DNA from: a bacterium
GTDB taxonomy: Bacteria; UBA8248
NCBI GenBank assembly: GCA_965213685.1
Contig: CBDBZY010000064.1
Span: forward strand, 160,001-224,000
Length of the DNA stretch: 64,000 nt
Direction: 5' to 3'
Below the pieces are notes generated by a model. It saw only the letters and a program-made list of their open reading frames with translations, was not told where the DNA came from and made no database searches. Below are positions 1 to 11,290 of the stretch, piece after piece; positions within the stretch are counted from its first letter, which is position 1, and every line of letters starts with the position of its first letter. The position numbers and the translations under genes are program-made.

Positions 1-68
1 ATACTGGTGATAGTGGGCAACATAAATCAGAATTTACTGTACTGTAAAAATGAGGAATAGTGCAGGCT

Positions 69-1772
69 TTAGATCCAACTTCCAGGACAACCACATTTAC
101 CACTAAACATCTCTGATGGCCTTCTATCATGTGTGGATATGCAACCTATGTCTGTAGCACTTTTGTTTACTGACTGAAGAAAGTCTTGTAGCTCTTGTTT
201 CAACACTGGTACAAGGTCAGTGTGCTGGTCAGATATATCAGTTGTTTCTTTAGGATCGGCTACCACATCATAAAGATTGACACTCTGTATGTTTCCTTTA
301 TTGTACTCAACAACAAGTTTTTGTGAGTCTCGTAATACTGCACCATAGAAAGATGAGTTTAAATCTCCCTTTTTAATGTGAAAGGCAAAAGCAATTGAAC
401 TATTGCGATGATTGACATCTTCTTTGAGAAATGGTAGGATAGAAACACCGTCTATTGGTCGATCTTGAGGAGGATCAATGCCAAGGATATCACACACAGT
501 TGGTAGCAGGTCATTTGTCACCACAGGATAATTGGACTTTCGATTGGCTTTAATCACTGCTGGCCATTCTAATATTGCAGGGACTCGAATACCACCTTCA
601 AACACTGTCCCTTTCTCTCCTCTCAAACCAGCTGTAGAGCCTGGAGTGCCTTTCTGTGGGCCATTGTCACTTGAGAACCACACAAATGTGTTGTTCTTAA
701 TGCCATATGTTTCCAGTAAACCTCTGACTCTCCCTATTGCTTGGTCCAGTTGCGATATAGCTCCATAGTAATGGGTAACATCTTCTGAGTAACCTTGTTT
801 TCTGTACATAGTGTAGTAGGGATCAAGAGCATAGTACACACGATGCACGTCATGATATGCAAGTATGACAAAAATAGGCTTTTCATCAAATTGTGATTTT
901 TGGAGGAATTTCTCAAACCTATCCACAATGAAATCTGAATCTCCAGCTATGAAGTCATTGTAGGCCTGCAATGTTTTTGACTCCATATCCATGTAGTGAT
1001 AATCTCTGCAGGTTTTGTGTTGGTACCATCTCTTCTCAACAGTGCAATTGAAGTGTTCAGAGCATCGGCAGTTTGGTGCCACTGAGGATGTGTCTCTTTC
1101 AGTTACTAACCACTGGTCAAAACCATGCATGCCAGGATGGGACACAGGCCACTTCTTGTTACCCCCTTCAATAACTTTCAAGTCACCAACATGCCATTTC
1201 CCAAATATGGCAGTTTTGTAGCCTTCGTTCTTCAGAAGTTCAGGCAGTGTTACTTCAGAGGTAGGTAGGGGCATAGAACAGGGGCATTCGCCATCGTTAC
1301 ATGGAACACCCAGATCCGCGTGCCAGATACAGTACCGATTGTGGTTACGTCCTGTCAACAGAGTGCCTCTGGTTGGTGAGCAAACGGGACCTCCTGAATA
1401 AAACCTCGTTAGGAGGACACTGTTTGGTCCTCGGGCCATTTGGTTGAGATTTGGTGTCTTAGCCTTTCCTCCATTATACTCCACGTCACCATAGCCCAGG
1501 TCATCAGCTAATAAGTACAGAATATTTGGACGTTGCAATGGATTCTTGTGTCTGTTAAGTTGTGAATTTTTGTCCTCTATAGGAAATCTAAATTGTTTCT
1601 TCACATTAGCTGATGTCATACTTGTGTTTGAAATCTTGTCTTCCTTACTGTCTACTCTTTTCATTGAAGTAACGCCATTGACATCTCCTAGTGCGCTGTA
1701 CAACACAGATACTAAGATACTCACCACCACTGCCGCTACTACTATTGCCACTCTGAAATCTCCCACTTTCAT
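69..1772 (-). CDS. Arylsulfatase (formylglycine-dependent S1 family), intronless, N-terminal signal anchor; paralog 1
   Basis: ORF has PNILYLLADDLGYGD, CSPTR (CxPxR), GKWHVG, SSDNG and GEKGTVFEGGIRVP. Likely start is MKVGDFR at 1772, just before the hydrophobic segment VAIVVAAVVVSILVSVLYSALG; the ORF is open to 1916. Confidence 0.93.
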   Translation of the reverse strand: MKVGDFRVAIVVAAVVVSILVSVLYSALGDVNGVTSMKRVDSKEDKISNTSMTSANVKKQFRFPIEDKNSQLNRHKNPLQRPNILYLLADDLGYGDVEYNGGKAKTPNLNQMARGPNSVLLTRFYSGGPVCSPTRGTLLTGRNHNRYCIWHADLGVPCNDGECPCSMPLPTSEVTLPELLKNEGYKTAIFGKWHVGDLKVIEGGNKKWPVSHPGMHGFDQWLVTERDTSSVAPNCRCSEHFNCTVEKRWYQHKTCRDYHYMDMESKTLQAYNDFIAGDSDFIVDRFEKFLQKSQFDEKPIFVILAYHDVHRVYYALDPYYTMYRKQGYSEDVTHYYGAISQLDQAIGRVRGLLETYGIKNNTFVWFSSDNGPQKGTPGSTAGLRGEKGTVFEGGIRVPAILEWPAVIKANRKSNYPVVTNDLLPTVCDILGIDPPQDRPIDGVSILPFLKEDVNHRNSSIAFAFHIKKGDLNSSFYGAVLRDSQKLVVEYNKGNIQSVNLYDVVADPKETTDISDQHTDLVPVLKQELQDFLQSVNKSATDIGCISTHDRRPSEMFSGKCGCPGSWI

Positions 1773-1913
1773 AGTTTGGTGAGGAGACACACCTGCAGCT
1801 GTAGTACAGAAGGAAGGAACAATGGTAGAAAGTGATCTCTCTACATAAGCAGGGTACATATACACAAACACAGCCTTGCTGTGGGCCATGTATAAGCACA
1901 AGACATACACGCC

Positions 1914-1985
1914 CACTGCAAAAATTCCATGGTTATTTTAACCATGGTTTTCTCAGTTGCACATTTGTTCAACAGTGGACACTGT
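1914..1985 (+). mobile_element. Truncated end of the CACTG MITE immediately upstream of the sulfatase (also at ~29213-29285)
   Basis: cactgcaaaaattccatggttattttaacc...tctcagttgcacatttgttc matches the left end of the 12368-12819 element. Confidence 0.7.
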
Positions 1986-2645
1986 GCAAATATGCAGGAA
2001 ATTCATCTTAAGAAATGTGGGAGGATTGAGAAACTAAATGACAGGTTTTAGTTCATTAAGCATGACATACAATGTACATGTAACTGTAAGCATCCATTAT
2101 GGACTGTAGCTACAGTGTCATGGCCAGGCCTTGCGAGAGCTCAGTATGTTGAACAGCTACACTTAGTGAGACTAGAAGACCTTGATAATACTTACAGCGA
2201 GTCAGATTAGCTTTGTGGCCTGCTGTCGAGCGTGTCCAATTTTGGGTGTATACAGTACTTCATTAAGTCTGTACACACATACACACAGCTAATAGCACGA
2301 AAGCAACTAGATGCTTTGAACTTTTTAAAAAGCATTATACACAGTGTGTTCATATCTTTGACTATTAAACGGTCACTGCAAATGCGAGTACTCTTGGTTT
2401 AGTCTATTTCATTTTTGCATGGACTCTATTTGCCTTACATTTTCACTACATTTCACGTCTGTAGTTATTCTGATGTCATATTCTTTGGGTTGAAGTTGTC
2501 ACCACACTAGTAGTGGTATGTTGTTCAACTTCATTTTAATTGAGTTGTGAGAAATCATATTATATGTTTGACAAAATACCACAGTTTTTGGATAAGTAGT
2601 ATATTGTGCTGCAAGTTGTGTGCTGATCATTGAACTAAATTCTAG

Positions 2646-3420
2646 AAACATGTTTGAAAGATGTAGGGACGGCTGTGCCAAAAACCACAGAAACTAGGTG
2701 TAGGGATGGCAGTATGCAGGCAAGACATGTTATACAAAGACTACACAAGTAACCCCATCCCTACATCATTTTTTATACCTGATATGATTTTGCTGGCTAT
2801 GCATGCCATTAGGTATTGAAAACAGCAGTTTGAAGCAAAAAATGTAGGGATGGGGTTACTTGTGTAGTCTTTGTATAACATGTCTTGCCTGCACATCCCT
2901 ACACCTAGTTTCTGTGGTTTTTGGCACAGCCTCCCTACATCTTTCAACATTAAAAAAATGTTTTTAATACTTGTTTGTATCCTTTTTCCTGGTAATAGTT
3001 CACTAAAATGTATTTTGTTCTTGCAAGCTTCTTTCAGAATCCCTCGAACAAATCATAACAGCCACTGCTACCCATCAGGAACAGAGTAGAAAGGGGCTTA
3101 ACCGGAAGGAGCTTGACCACCATCACGCCATTTTGAAGTTGGGGGGCTGAGCCCCTCCAAAAAGTCCTGAGCTAGAGTGACTACTTCACTACATGTATCT
3201 AACTGGCTAACTCATACCCGCGTTTTTGTACAATAGAAAGACGCTGCTCAAACCTCTCTCAAATCAGCGACAACGCCAGCCTAAAATTAATAGGCGTGGC
3301 TTCGCGAGGCCGTTCTCGCTAGGTGCAGAGAAAAAGCCACACCCGAAATTACAGGTCCAACCCTTACGTCACTGTGGTGCTGTAATTCAAGGGAAGGAAT
3401 GTTGTGAAGACGAAGAGGAA
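2646..3420 (+). mobile_element. Helentron/DINE-like element, 3'-truncated, with terminal palindrome (copies at ~30832-31620 and inverted at ~63250-64000)
   Basis: Inverted arms ~2650-2775 and ~2838-2960 built on TGTAGGGATGG, followed by family core blocks gttggggggctgagcccctc and taataggcgtggcttcgcgaggcc. Confidence 0.7.
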
Positions 3421-3654
3421 TACAATTGACCTTATGCAGTGAAATGAATACACTAAGTCTCTTGAACAGAGATCCAGTTACAGTGACAGTTGAATAATCA
3501 CTGACCAGGTGAAAAAGGCGTCCAGCGTGAGAAAGGTGTGGTGACAGTAAGCAAGAACTCGATGCTACACTCTTAGCATGCTAGCAGCCCTTAGGAGTAG
3601 GCTGGACCCTGCCATGTTTACCTCTCTTTCGATACTCTTAGCCATCCTCATTGA

Positions 3655-4053
3655 GTACATGAAATAACATGTGCATAGCACACCAGCTAGAAAGAGTCAA
3701 AGAAAGTTAAAAGAAAGGTGAATTAAGGCCATAACCCCCTCTACGTATACATGTAACACAATGAGCACAAGACACCTGGATGCCCAGCCTTGAGAACTGG
3801 GGCGGTGGGTTGAAGATCTTTTATGGCGCCAACTCTCCAAGTGCTGTCTTGAACTCACATACACACAGACACAGACATGAACAACAAAAACAGCCTCAAG
3901 GCTTAGAAAAATAGCTCAGAGCAATTTAACACACCACAGCCTCTAGGCTTAGAAAATAACTTTGACATACAGTAGCCTCTAAGCTTAGAAAAATCTAAAT
4001 TGGAAAACAACTAGAACAGCCTCAAGGTTTAGAAAAATAAATTTAACACACCA
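3655..4053 (-). mobile_element. Solo 3'-terminal repeat (pLTR-like) of Penelope-like family 1; twister copy with a 10-nt deletion (similar copy at 39680-40078)
   Basis: Near-identical to 31862-32269; lacks ccacacaccc within the twister region. Confidence 0.75.
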
Positions 4054-4255
4054 GCGTATACTGCGCATTGCGCAGCATTGCGCGATATCACGTGACCCTC
4101 GATGGGCTGGTATAGTACAGTACTAGTACTTGACTTGCTTACTACGTAATTTTCATTACTGCGCTTGCATTGTTTGTTCTAAAACGGCAGTTACTCCACA
4201 GGAGGTTGGAAGCGGCGACGAAATCATGCGACTTAAATCCCACACATAAACAATT

Positions 4256-5665
4256 GTGAAGGCATAGACTTAAAATGGAACCTTTAGTTAGCCACACTTT
4301 GTAGTTTTGAGTAATGAGCCTCCAAAGTGGAATGTTTGCAGGGATTTACCCTCTGCAATGTCTGCCATTCTTTGGGCATTAGCGCACCATTTACATTCAA
4401 AAGTTTTTGCATGTACTAATTAGTTGCCATAGCAACCAGATGTGGCCACGCCTACCTCGTTATTGCTAGCTGAATGTACTAAGAGACTTTCAGGGCTCTA
4501 CAGCACTTCGCAAAACTGATTTTATACCAACTTATTTGTTGGTTTCGTGAGTCCTAGACAGGAAATAGAGTGCAACAAAGTAAGACCCACAACAAGGGAA
4601 GCCCGGAGGGAGAGATCTAGGGAGATCTACAAGGCTGGTAAATCAAGAGGACCATACAGACTTAGCAGGAGTGTCAACGAGTCTCTCAATAAGAGCAGCA
4701 CTGAAGGCGAAAGTTCAGAGGTGGGCACTAATTTGGACGGCATGTGCACGAAGTGCCATCCGGTTCTATCAAGGTGTGTTGATACTTTTAAGTCCATGAA
4801 AAAGCAAGGATCTAGTCTAAAGATGGTGAAGAGGATAAATCCTGTACCAAGAAGAGCAGATATGGATCATTATAGAGATGTGAAAACTCAGAATGACTGG
4901 CTACGTTCCAATGTTTTTGACTCCATGGGAAATTTTCTTTATTGTGCCAAATTTATACGTGCAGCTTTTGGTATTTCCAAGCAGTGTCTTGCCCGACAGC
5001 ATAAGATGGAGCAGTCTGCTTCACAAGAGCCAATCACACATTTAACGAAAGCTGAAGTCGAAGAAAAGCGATTAGGAGAGTTTGTTGTCATGCCAAGTGG
5101 ATGTGATGAAGCCTTTAGTACATGGTGGAAGAGGAAAGCTTCAGGTGATGTTGTCAATGTCAAATATCCTCACGAATGACACAGATTAGCTGGAAAAGTC
5201 TCAAACTCTGCTAAAACTGACACAATGCAGGAATCCGCACACTCCACGATTTTGTGATCATAAAACACATCCTCACTGATGAGGTCATCATGTGTGTGAG
5301 AAAGCTGTGTTATACAGGAAGTTTTGAAAGCTCAAAAATGAAAATAGCACAGGGAGTTAGCTCAGACCTAGATGCTATTCCCAAAGAGAGTAGCTCATAC
5401 AAAGCTACAAGTGAGTAAAGCTTCAAAGAAAATGGAAGATTTAAAGTCTATGTACACTAAGTTTGTATGCCGTACTAGGTGGCCAGAATTCTTGCAGGAA
5501 CAGTAGACAATAATAGTTTATTGTAGTGTTCTTCATCATTGTAAGGTTATTATTTGGTCATATAGCACTGTAAAAGACAATTCTATTAATAATGAAATGA
5601 TTCTGACCAAAAAGTGCATTTGGGATAGGTGTGGCTAAGGTTCCATTTTAAGTCTATGCCTTCAC
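4256..5665 (+). mobile_element. Sola-like DNA transposon, internally deleted, with transposase fragment ORF 4547-5179
   Basis: 29-bp perfect TIR GTGAAGGCATAGACTTAAAATGGAACCTT; 4-bp TSD AATT; empty site at ~62400. The YCAKFIRAAFGISK segment resembles a Sola transposase N-terminal motif (from memory, not searched). Confidence 0.6.
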
Positions 5666-6101
5666 AATTACTATACCGTCAATGAGCATATTTAGCATAT
5701 ATACCAGTCGAGTTGGTAGGTTTGTGAAAGCGCTCCTGTAGCTATGCGTGTCAGGCAGGTATCGTCGCTATCTTCTACACTGGCCCTAGGCGCTACCTGT
5801 TTACATTGCTGAAGCTCTGTTGTGCGTTGTGCCGTAACTCGCCAATTACGCAACTGAGATGACCATAGCAAGGTTAAGATCACGCTTTTTTTTGCTATGT
5901 ACACATAAACGTAGCCTTACTTTGGGCTGTATAAGCATGGGACATACATGCAAACGTATCCTTACTGTTGATTTCTCCTGTCTCAGCTCAGCTTAGTTTA
6001 AGAAATGGGCAGTCTCCATAGTGTATGTTCCAGGTGGTAGAGTGCTGTTCACTTAGTGACACCATTACCCCTATTGTGTGGGCAGGGCCATTACCTCAGT
6101 A

Positions 6102-6277
6102 AAATGAAACCTCTGTATAGTGTTCACTCTGTAAAACAGCCACCTCATTATTACAGCCACCTACTCAGGTCGCTTGGGATATAATGCCCAATATTTACAC
6201 CTCTATTAAACAGCCACCTCTCTATTACAGCTACAAATTTATGGCCCATAGGTGACCACTCTAGGGAGGTTCCACTG
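6102..6277. mobile_element. Tc1/mariner(pogo)-type MITE (copy 40719-40894)
   Basis: TA-CAGTGAAACCTC ... GAGGTTCCACTG termini and internal acagccacct repeats. Confidence 0.6.
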
Positions 6278-6376
6278 CAATGGCTTAAAACTGTGCACAA
6301 AACCTGCTGGTTGGCAAAAAGTGCATGGAGTGCTAGTCGGCTAGTGCTAGTGTATCGCCTTGTCAGTGGCAGCACC

Positions 6377-6592
6377 ATGAGTAATGGTTATGTCAACCCA
6401 TTGGACTACCAGTCCAGGAAGAGATACTATGAAAAGCTGGAAGCTGGAAGCTGTTGGCCTGTCTCTTAATGTTGAACCATATAGCGCTAGTGATAGATTC
6501 CATTCTGACACGACCCTTTGGCCAAAGATCGAATTTCAGGCCTGGCACCTACGTTCAGGAACAACTTCTCTCATGGAAGCAGATGGAAGCAC
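6377..6592 (+). pseudogene. Remnant of a transposon accessory protein gene (N-terminus of SWIM/YqaJ-type ORF)
   Basis: With the 41-kb copy, reconstructs to RKRYYEKL...WPKIEY...RPGTYVQEQLLSWKQMEA; family assignment is from motif memory. Confidence 0.4.
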
Positions 6593-7039
6593 CCAGCTGG
6601 ATTCAAAAACGTGCGTGACAAGTCCACTGACTGAGGACTGAGCACACCAGCGTCAGCCGTTGGACGGGAAGAACACTATAGCTAACACAGTGCAACTATC
6701 AGAAAACTCTAATCTATGTCTATTCCTCACTCACGATGTTTCTGTTATATTCTCTCTTCAAGAGAGGAGGTTACCGCCGTACAGTCAGTCAGGAACGTGT
6801 TTATACACAGCACGGTTGTTACTAAAACCCAGGACGGGACGGGGTGAATCCCCGTCCGTACGCGTATGATAGCCACGCTGGTGGCAGTTAGGCACTCCTG
6901 GCACGTATCTACTACGGACTCTACAAGTGCTTCGGCAGGACATGTAGCTACTACGGACTCTACAAGTGCTTCGTCGCATCATACCTTTACACTGTATCCT
7001 TGCAAATTTCACAGTTCATGACAAGACTGTGTTAATATT

Positions 7040-7130
7040 ACTTTCACAAAAACGACAAAACCTCTTGCGAAGACCTACACAAGATACATGAAACCGTTCC
7101 ATACAAGTGTCACATTCAATCATGGCGCAA
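7040..7130 (-). pseudogene. PHD-finger remnant inside the P-like element
   Basis: Minus-strand translation CAMIECDTCMERFHVSCVGLRKRFCRFCE. Confidence 0.55.
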
Positions 7131-7439
7131 GCATTTTTTGTAGTATGGTACAGTCTGCTTCCCTTTTGTCACCCTGAAATAATGTCAAACTCTTCTCAAT
7201 GGGCATAATGTACACGGCTTGGGCAATCATGTGACCGCTTCCAACCTCCTCTGGTTACTACAAGTACACCAGGCCTGACTCAGCAACACGAATGCCCTAT
7301 GACATGTCAGACTCTCTTAGTGAGACACATGATAACCCCTCAATCGACAAAGTGGTTAATAAAGTCTGGGGCAGCCAAACCCAGCCCAGCCTAGCCTGGT
7401 TGTGTATGAGGGAGGAAAAACTCACTGCCGTATCATCTG

Positions 7440-7547
7440 AGTGATGGAAAGAAAGTGGAAGAAAAAGTGGACTCCTGCAGGACCTGAACCCACGAATCTC
7501 AGCTTTATATGCTGACATTCTACCGACTGAGTCAGAGCTAAAGAGCC
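7440..7547 (-). repeat. tRNA-derived (SINE-head-like) sequence
   Basis: A-box-like gactcagtcggtag, stem tcagc...gctga, B-box-like gggttcaggtcc, then TTTTT. Copies near 42.9 kb and 61.8 kb. Confidence 0.6.
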
Positions 7548-7789
7548 CAGCCAGCAGGCAGGCTGTTTGTTTGTCATGTTTGTTTTCCCCCCTCATACAC
7601 CAACCAGGGGTTATCATGTGTCTATACTTAAAAAAAAACAGAGGGTCTCCTGCTTCAGCCACTGCCCCACAGACTAACTAGGCTAGGCTAGGTTGGTTGC
7701 CCTAGACTTTAACAACCATCTTGTCTGTTGGGGCAGCAGGGAGCTTCATTGCAGATCGGAAGAGACTGTTGTCAGGATATGGTATCGAC

Positions 7790-7890
7790 TTTGCCTGCTG
7801 TCAGAAGTCGGAAGAGCGTCAGCATATAGAAAGCTGAGAGTTGTGGGTTTGAATCCTGAAAGAGTCCACTTTTTCTTCCACTTTCTTTCT
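7790..7890 (+). repeat. tRNA-derived (SINE-head-like) sequence directly upstream of LINE-A
   Basis: agtcggaagagcgtcagcatatagaaagctgagagttgtgggtttgaatcc; the 43.27-kb copy has a canonical B box GGTTCGAGTCC. Confidence 0.6.
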
Positions 7891-10186
7891 CTTAGAGAGT
7901 CTAACTGATGAGACTAGTGTGGGCTACGGCAAAAGCCTTTGATACCAAGCGCTGCCGTTCATGATGGCTTTGCCATCAGATAGTAATGAACAAAGCACTA
8001 GTAACAGTGAAGCAAGTGGGAATGTTTCTGATCAGCGCTCCCCGTCTCCTTTTTTGGTCATGGACTGAGGGCATCTGGCCGTACCGTGGTGGGTGATCGT
8101 TCACACTCAACACAATTATCTAATCACGAGACACTGACAATTATGTATTCAAATGCTCGAAGTTTGTTACCTAGATTGAAGAACTACAAGTTTTAGTGTA
8201 TAGTAATCTATGTATTGTTGAATCATGGCTATCACAAGGCATATTTGACAACGAAATAACAATTATGGGTTATAACTGTCATAGAAAAGATTGTAACAGG
8301 CATGGTGGAGGTGTATGTGTATATACAAGTCAGCATCCTGCCACAATGAATATGTCAGAAGAGGTTCATGCAGATCTGGAATGTATATTTGTGAATGTTT
8401 TGAAAGGTACAGTCAAAACAACAGTTGGATGTTTCTATCGACCACCCAATTCTCCAAATTATATATTTGATACTCTCACAGATTCTATTTTTGCACTTCA
8501 GCCTAACCTGTTGACTAATTTCGTACTTATTGGTGACTTTAATGTTGATACTTCAAGAGGAATTAATACATGTCTGAACAATTTCATGGCAACGTTGAGT
8601 CTCAGCCAAGTGGTGACCACGATAACACATATTTCTCCCTCTGGACGAGAGACTACAATTGACTTGTGCTTCATGTCATGTATAGAAAATCTTATTTCTT
8701 GTGAAACAAGACCTCCGCTTGGAACCTCTGATCATAAGTCTCTTGTTGTCACCTTGAGAAGTGACTGTATGCGAAGGAACAAACTTCATTACGAAAAACT
8801 TCTATGGAGGTACACTGAAGCCAATGTAGAAAGGGCATGTGCATTGATAAGAAACACTGACTGGAAAATCATCTTGACGAGTAATGTAAATGAGTCATGG
8901 CAAAACTGGAAAAGGATCTTTTTAGACATAATGAAACAGTGTGTTCCACGAGCTAAACAGCAATGCCGGCGTTATTTGCTTTGGATTAACAAAAATATTA
9001 TGTGTGCTATTAAAAGAAGAGATCACTTGTATCGTAAGTTCAAGATATCGCAGAGTGTATCTGCTTGGAAGAAGTATAAAGAGATGAGAAATCGAGTGGT
9101 CAAACTCATTAGGTCATCCAGAGCTGTTTTTTTCAGTAACCTCTCCAGAATGGCAAATGATCCTCAGAAGTTTTGGAAAATAGTGAACTCTTCGAACACT
9201 GTTTCAAGTCATATTCCTACACTGGTTTCTGATAATACGTTGGTGTCGGAAGACGCTGAGAGAGCTGAAGTACTGAACATTTTCTTTGGTGAGAGCCTTA
9301 ACAAATCAGATCCTCCTCTTCAACATTCTCCATCTCAACATCTGAGTGACTCCACCTCAGATATATCATTAATTGACATCTCTGAAGAGGAAGTTGTGTG
9401 CCTGATTTCTTCCCTGAAGCCCAAAAAGTCACCTGGAATAACTACTGTTGAAATGTTACAGTTGGTTGCCCAGTGTATTGGGCCAGCACTAATGCTGCTA
9501 TTTAACATTTTCTTGCAATGGGAAAAATTCCATCGGAGTGGAAAGTTGGAAAAGTTATTCCTATACCCAAGGGAAAACATCTTCAGTTGCCATCCAACTA
9601 TCGTCCAATTATGCTTCTAACCATTGTCAGCAAGATTTTAGAACGACATATCTTTAATATTCTGCGTGACTTCATGCACAACCAGTGCCCACTCTCTCCA
9701 AACCAGTGGGGATTCTGCTCAGGGAAATCCACTAGCACTGCTCTAGCTTACATTACACATTGCTGGAATGCAAAGTTGCATACTGGTGTGGATATATGTG
9801 CAGTCTTTTTTGACTTAAGAAAGGCCTTCGATAGGGCACTGCTTCAGAAACTTTCTAAGCTAGATTTACCTCCTCTGTTGTTCCAGTGGCTCCAGGACTA
9901 CTTAACTGGTAGATTTAAGCAAGTTGCTATCGGAGAGGCAATATCCAGGTTACTTCCTGTTCTATTGGGTGTGCCTCAAGGGTCAACACTTGGTCCGCTG
10001 TTGTTCATCTTTTTCATTGATGATATTTGTGATCTCCCACTATCGAAGGATTCCACTCTTGCACTCTATGCAGATGACATCTGCTATTCCAGGCCTATTT
10101 GCAGCAGTGAGGACTTTGCAATTGTACAAAGGGAAATTGACTTAATTGGAAACTGGTCCAGTAGTAACCATCTGAAATTTATTTAA

Positions 10187-10772
10187 GGGTGGTCGGACAT
10201 CATGAATATTAATAAGGCATGTGGTTGCTATGCTATTATATCTCGCAAAGTATGGTACCTACCATACATGTCGCGTTTGGACCCTTATAGACATTGCAGA
10301 CACTGCAATTCGTATACCAAGTTTCACAGCTCCAGCTTACCTAGTCACCGAGAGTTACGGCGGTAAAGTCTTAGACTCTTTCTCTATAAAACTTCTTAAC
10401 CGATTTACCTATCTCCCTGAAACTCAGGCACCAGAGTTATTCGAGCAAGCGCTAGCCATTAACGTGGCCGTTTTCAACGTATCTAGTACGCAAGCACGGG
10501 TTTTTGAACTTTTCTCGAATTTGGAGCGTTCAATTCGGAAAAACTCCACGTTACGGTCTGCGGTACCTGCCCACGATGACGCCAACGGAAGGGCGTCCCG
10601 ATCAGGAAAAGCGCTACGGAGTTTTACAGAGTTATGCACGCTGCATACTTTAGACGGGCCAGATCTACTACGCTAATGCGTGCAGCTGTTGCATTTGGCT
10701 TCCACTAATTAACCACGAAGCCCAGATCTGCGCATTCCTTTAGAGCCGCACAGTATCCATGTCCGAGCACCC
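10187..10772. mobile_element. Kolobok-like MITE B (inverted copy 51041-51623)
   Basis: TTAA TSD; TIRs GGGTGGTCGGACAT / ATGTCCGAGCACCC (RR..YY termini); empty site with a single TTAA at ~45606. Confidence 0.75.
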
Positions 10773-10891
10773 TTAAGATAAGTGTCAATGGATGTTTATA
10801 TCTCCAAACGATCTAAGAACCCTGAATGTTATGCAGTCGACCTGTTTGTTAATGCAACTAAACTAAATCGTGTCTTTGAAGTGAAGTGCTT

Positions 10892-11290
10892 ATTATTATT
10901 ATTATTAGAAGCTTTACAGTACAGGAATTAGAAAAGGAGGAAGTGACCAGATGATACATGGACAGTTGTACTGAAGGACTAGTAGTACATGTACTCCTAG
11001 CCTTTAACACAAATACATATGCATATTAAACACAACGGGGGGACAAATGGCTTCTATAGAGTAACATCTTGAAAGGTGCACATAACTGGTAAAGTAACAC
11101 ACTTGTTACACGGACAAACAAAGTGATAAGAACATAAATTTTCAGGGTCAAAGTTTGCAACAAAGTAGCTCCAGAAAAAACATTTTAGTTTGCGCTTGAT
11201 GGTGTTAAGTGACTGGTCTACATCAATGATTGGAAGAGAATTCCAAAGACGGGGCAGACGATTAAAGTAGAAGTGTCTATCACGATTTGT
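10892..11290 (-). mobile_element. 5'-truncated 3' end of another CR1/L2-type LINE with (TAA)n tail, nested in LINE-A
   Basis: Encodes RHFYFNRLPRLWNSLP...CPCNKC; flanked by tgctt/tactt; absent at ~45720. Confidence 0.8.

Larger units (their letters stand above)
4197..7253. mobile_element. P-element-like non-autonomous DNA transposon (copies 40222-42677 and internally deleted 62067-62459)
   Basis: TIRs CA(C/G)AGGAGGTTGGAAGCGG / CCGCTTCCAACCTCCTCTG; 7-bp TSD GTTACTA, perfect in the 40.2-kb and 62-kb copies. Confidence 0.65.

Noticed and set aside
1773-1916. Longer N-terminal extension of the sulfatase
   Set aside because: The upstream reading frames differ between the paralogs because of an indel and run into a MITE; MKVG before the anchor is the consistent start.
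7904-7935. CTGATGA hammerhead core
   Set aside because: No stem II followed by GAAA and no stem III/NUH site could be built.
10221-10676. 151-aa ORF also present at 51137-51598
   Set aside because: Lies within a TIR-bounded MITE, has no recognisable domain, and conservation is explained by recent copying.
10183-10776. piggyBac assignment for the TTAA elements
   Set aside because: Termini are GG...CC (RR..YY, Kolobok-like), not the CC...GG typical of piggyBac.
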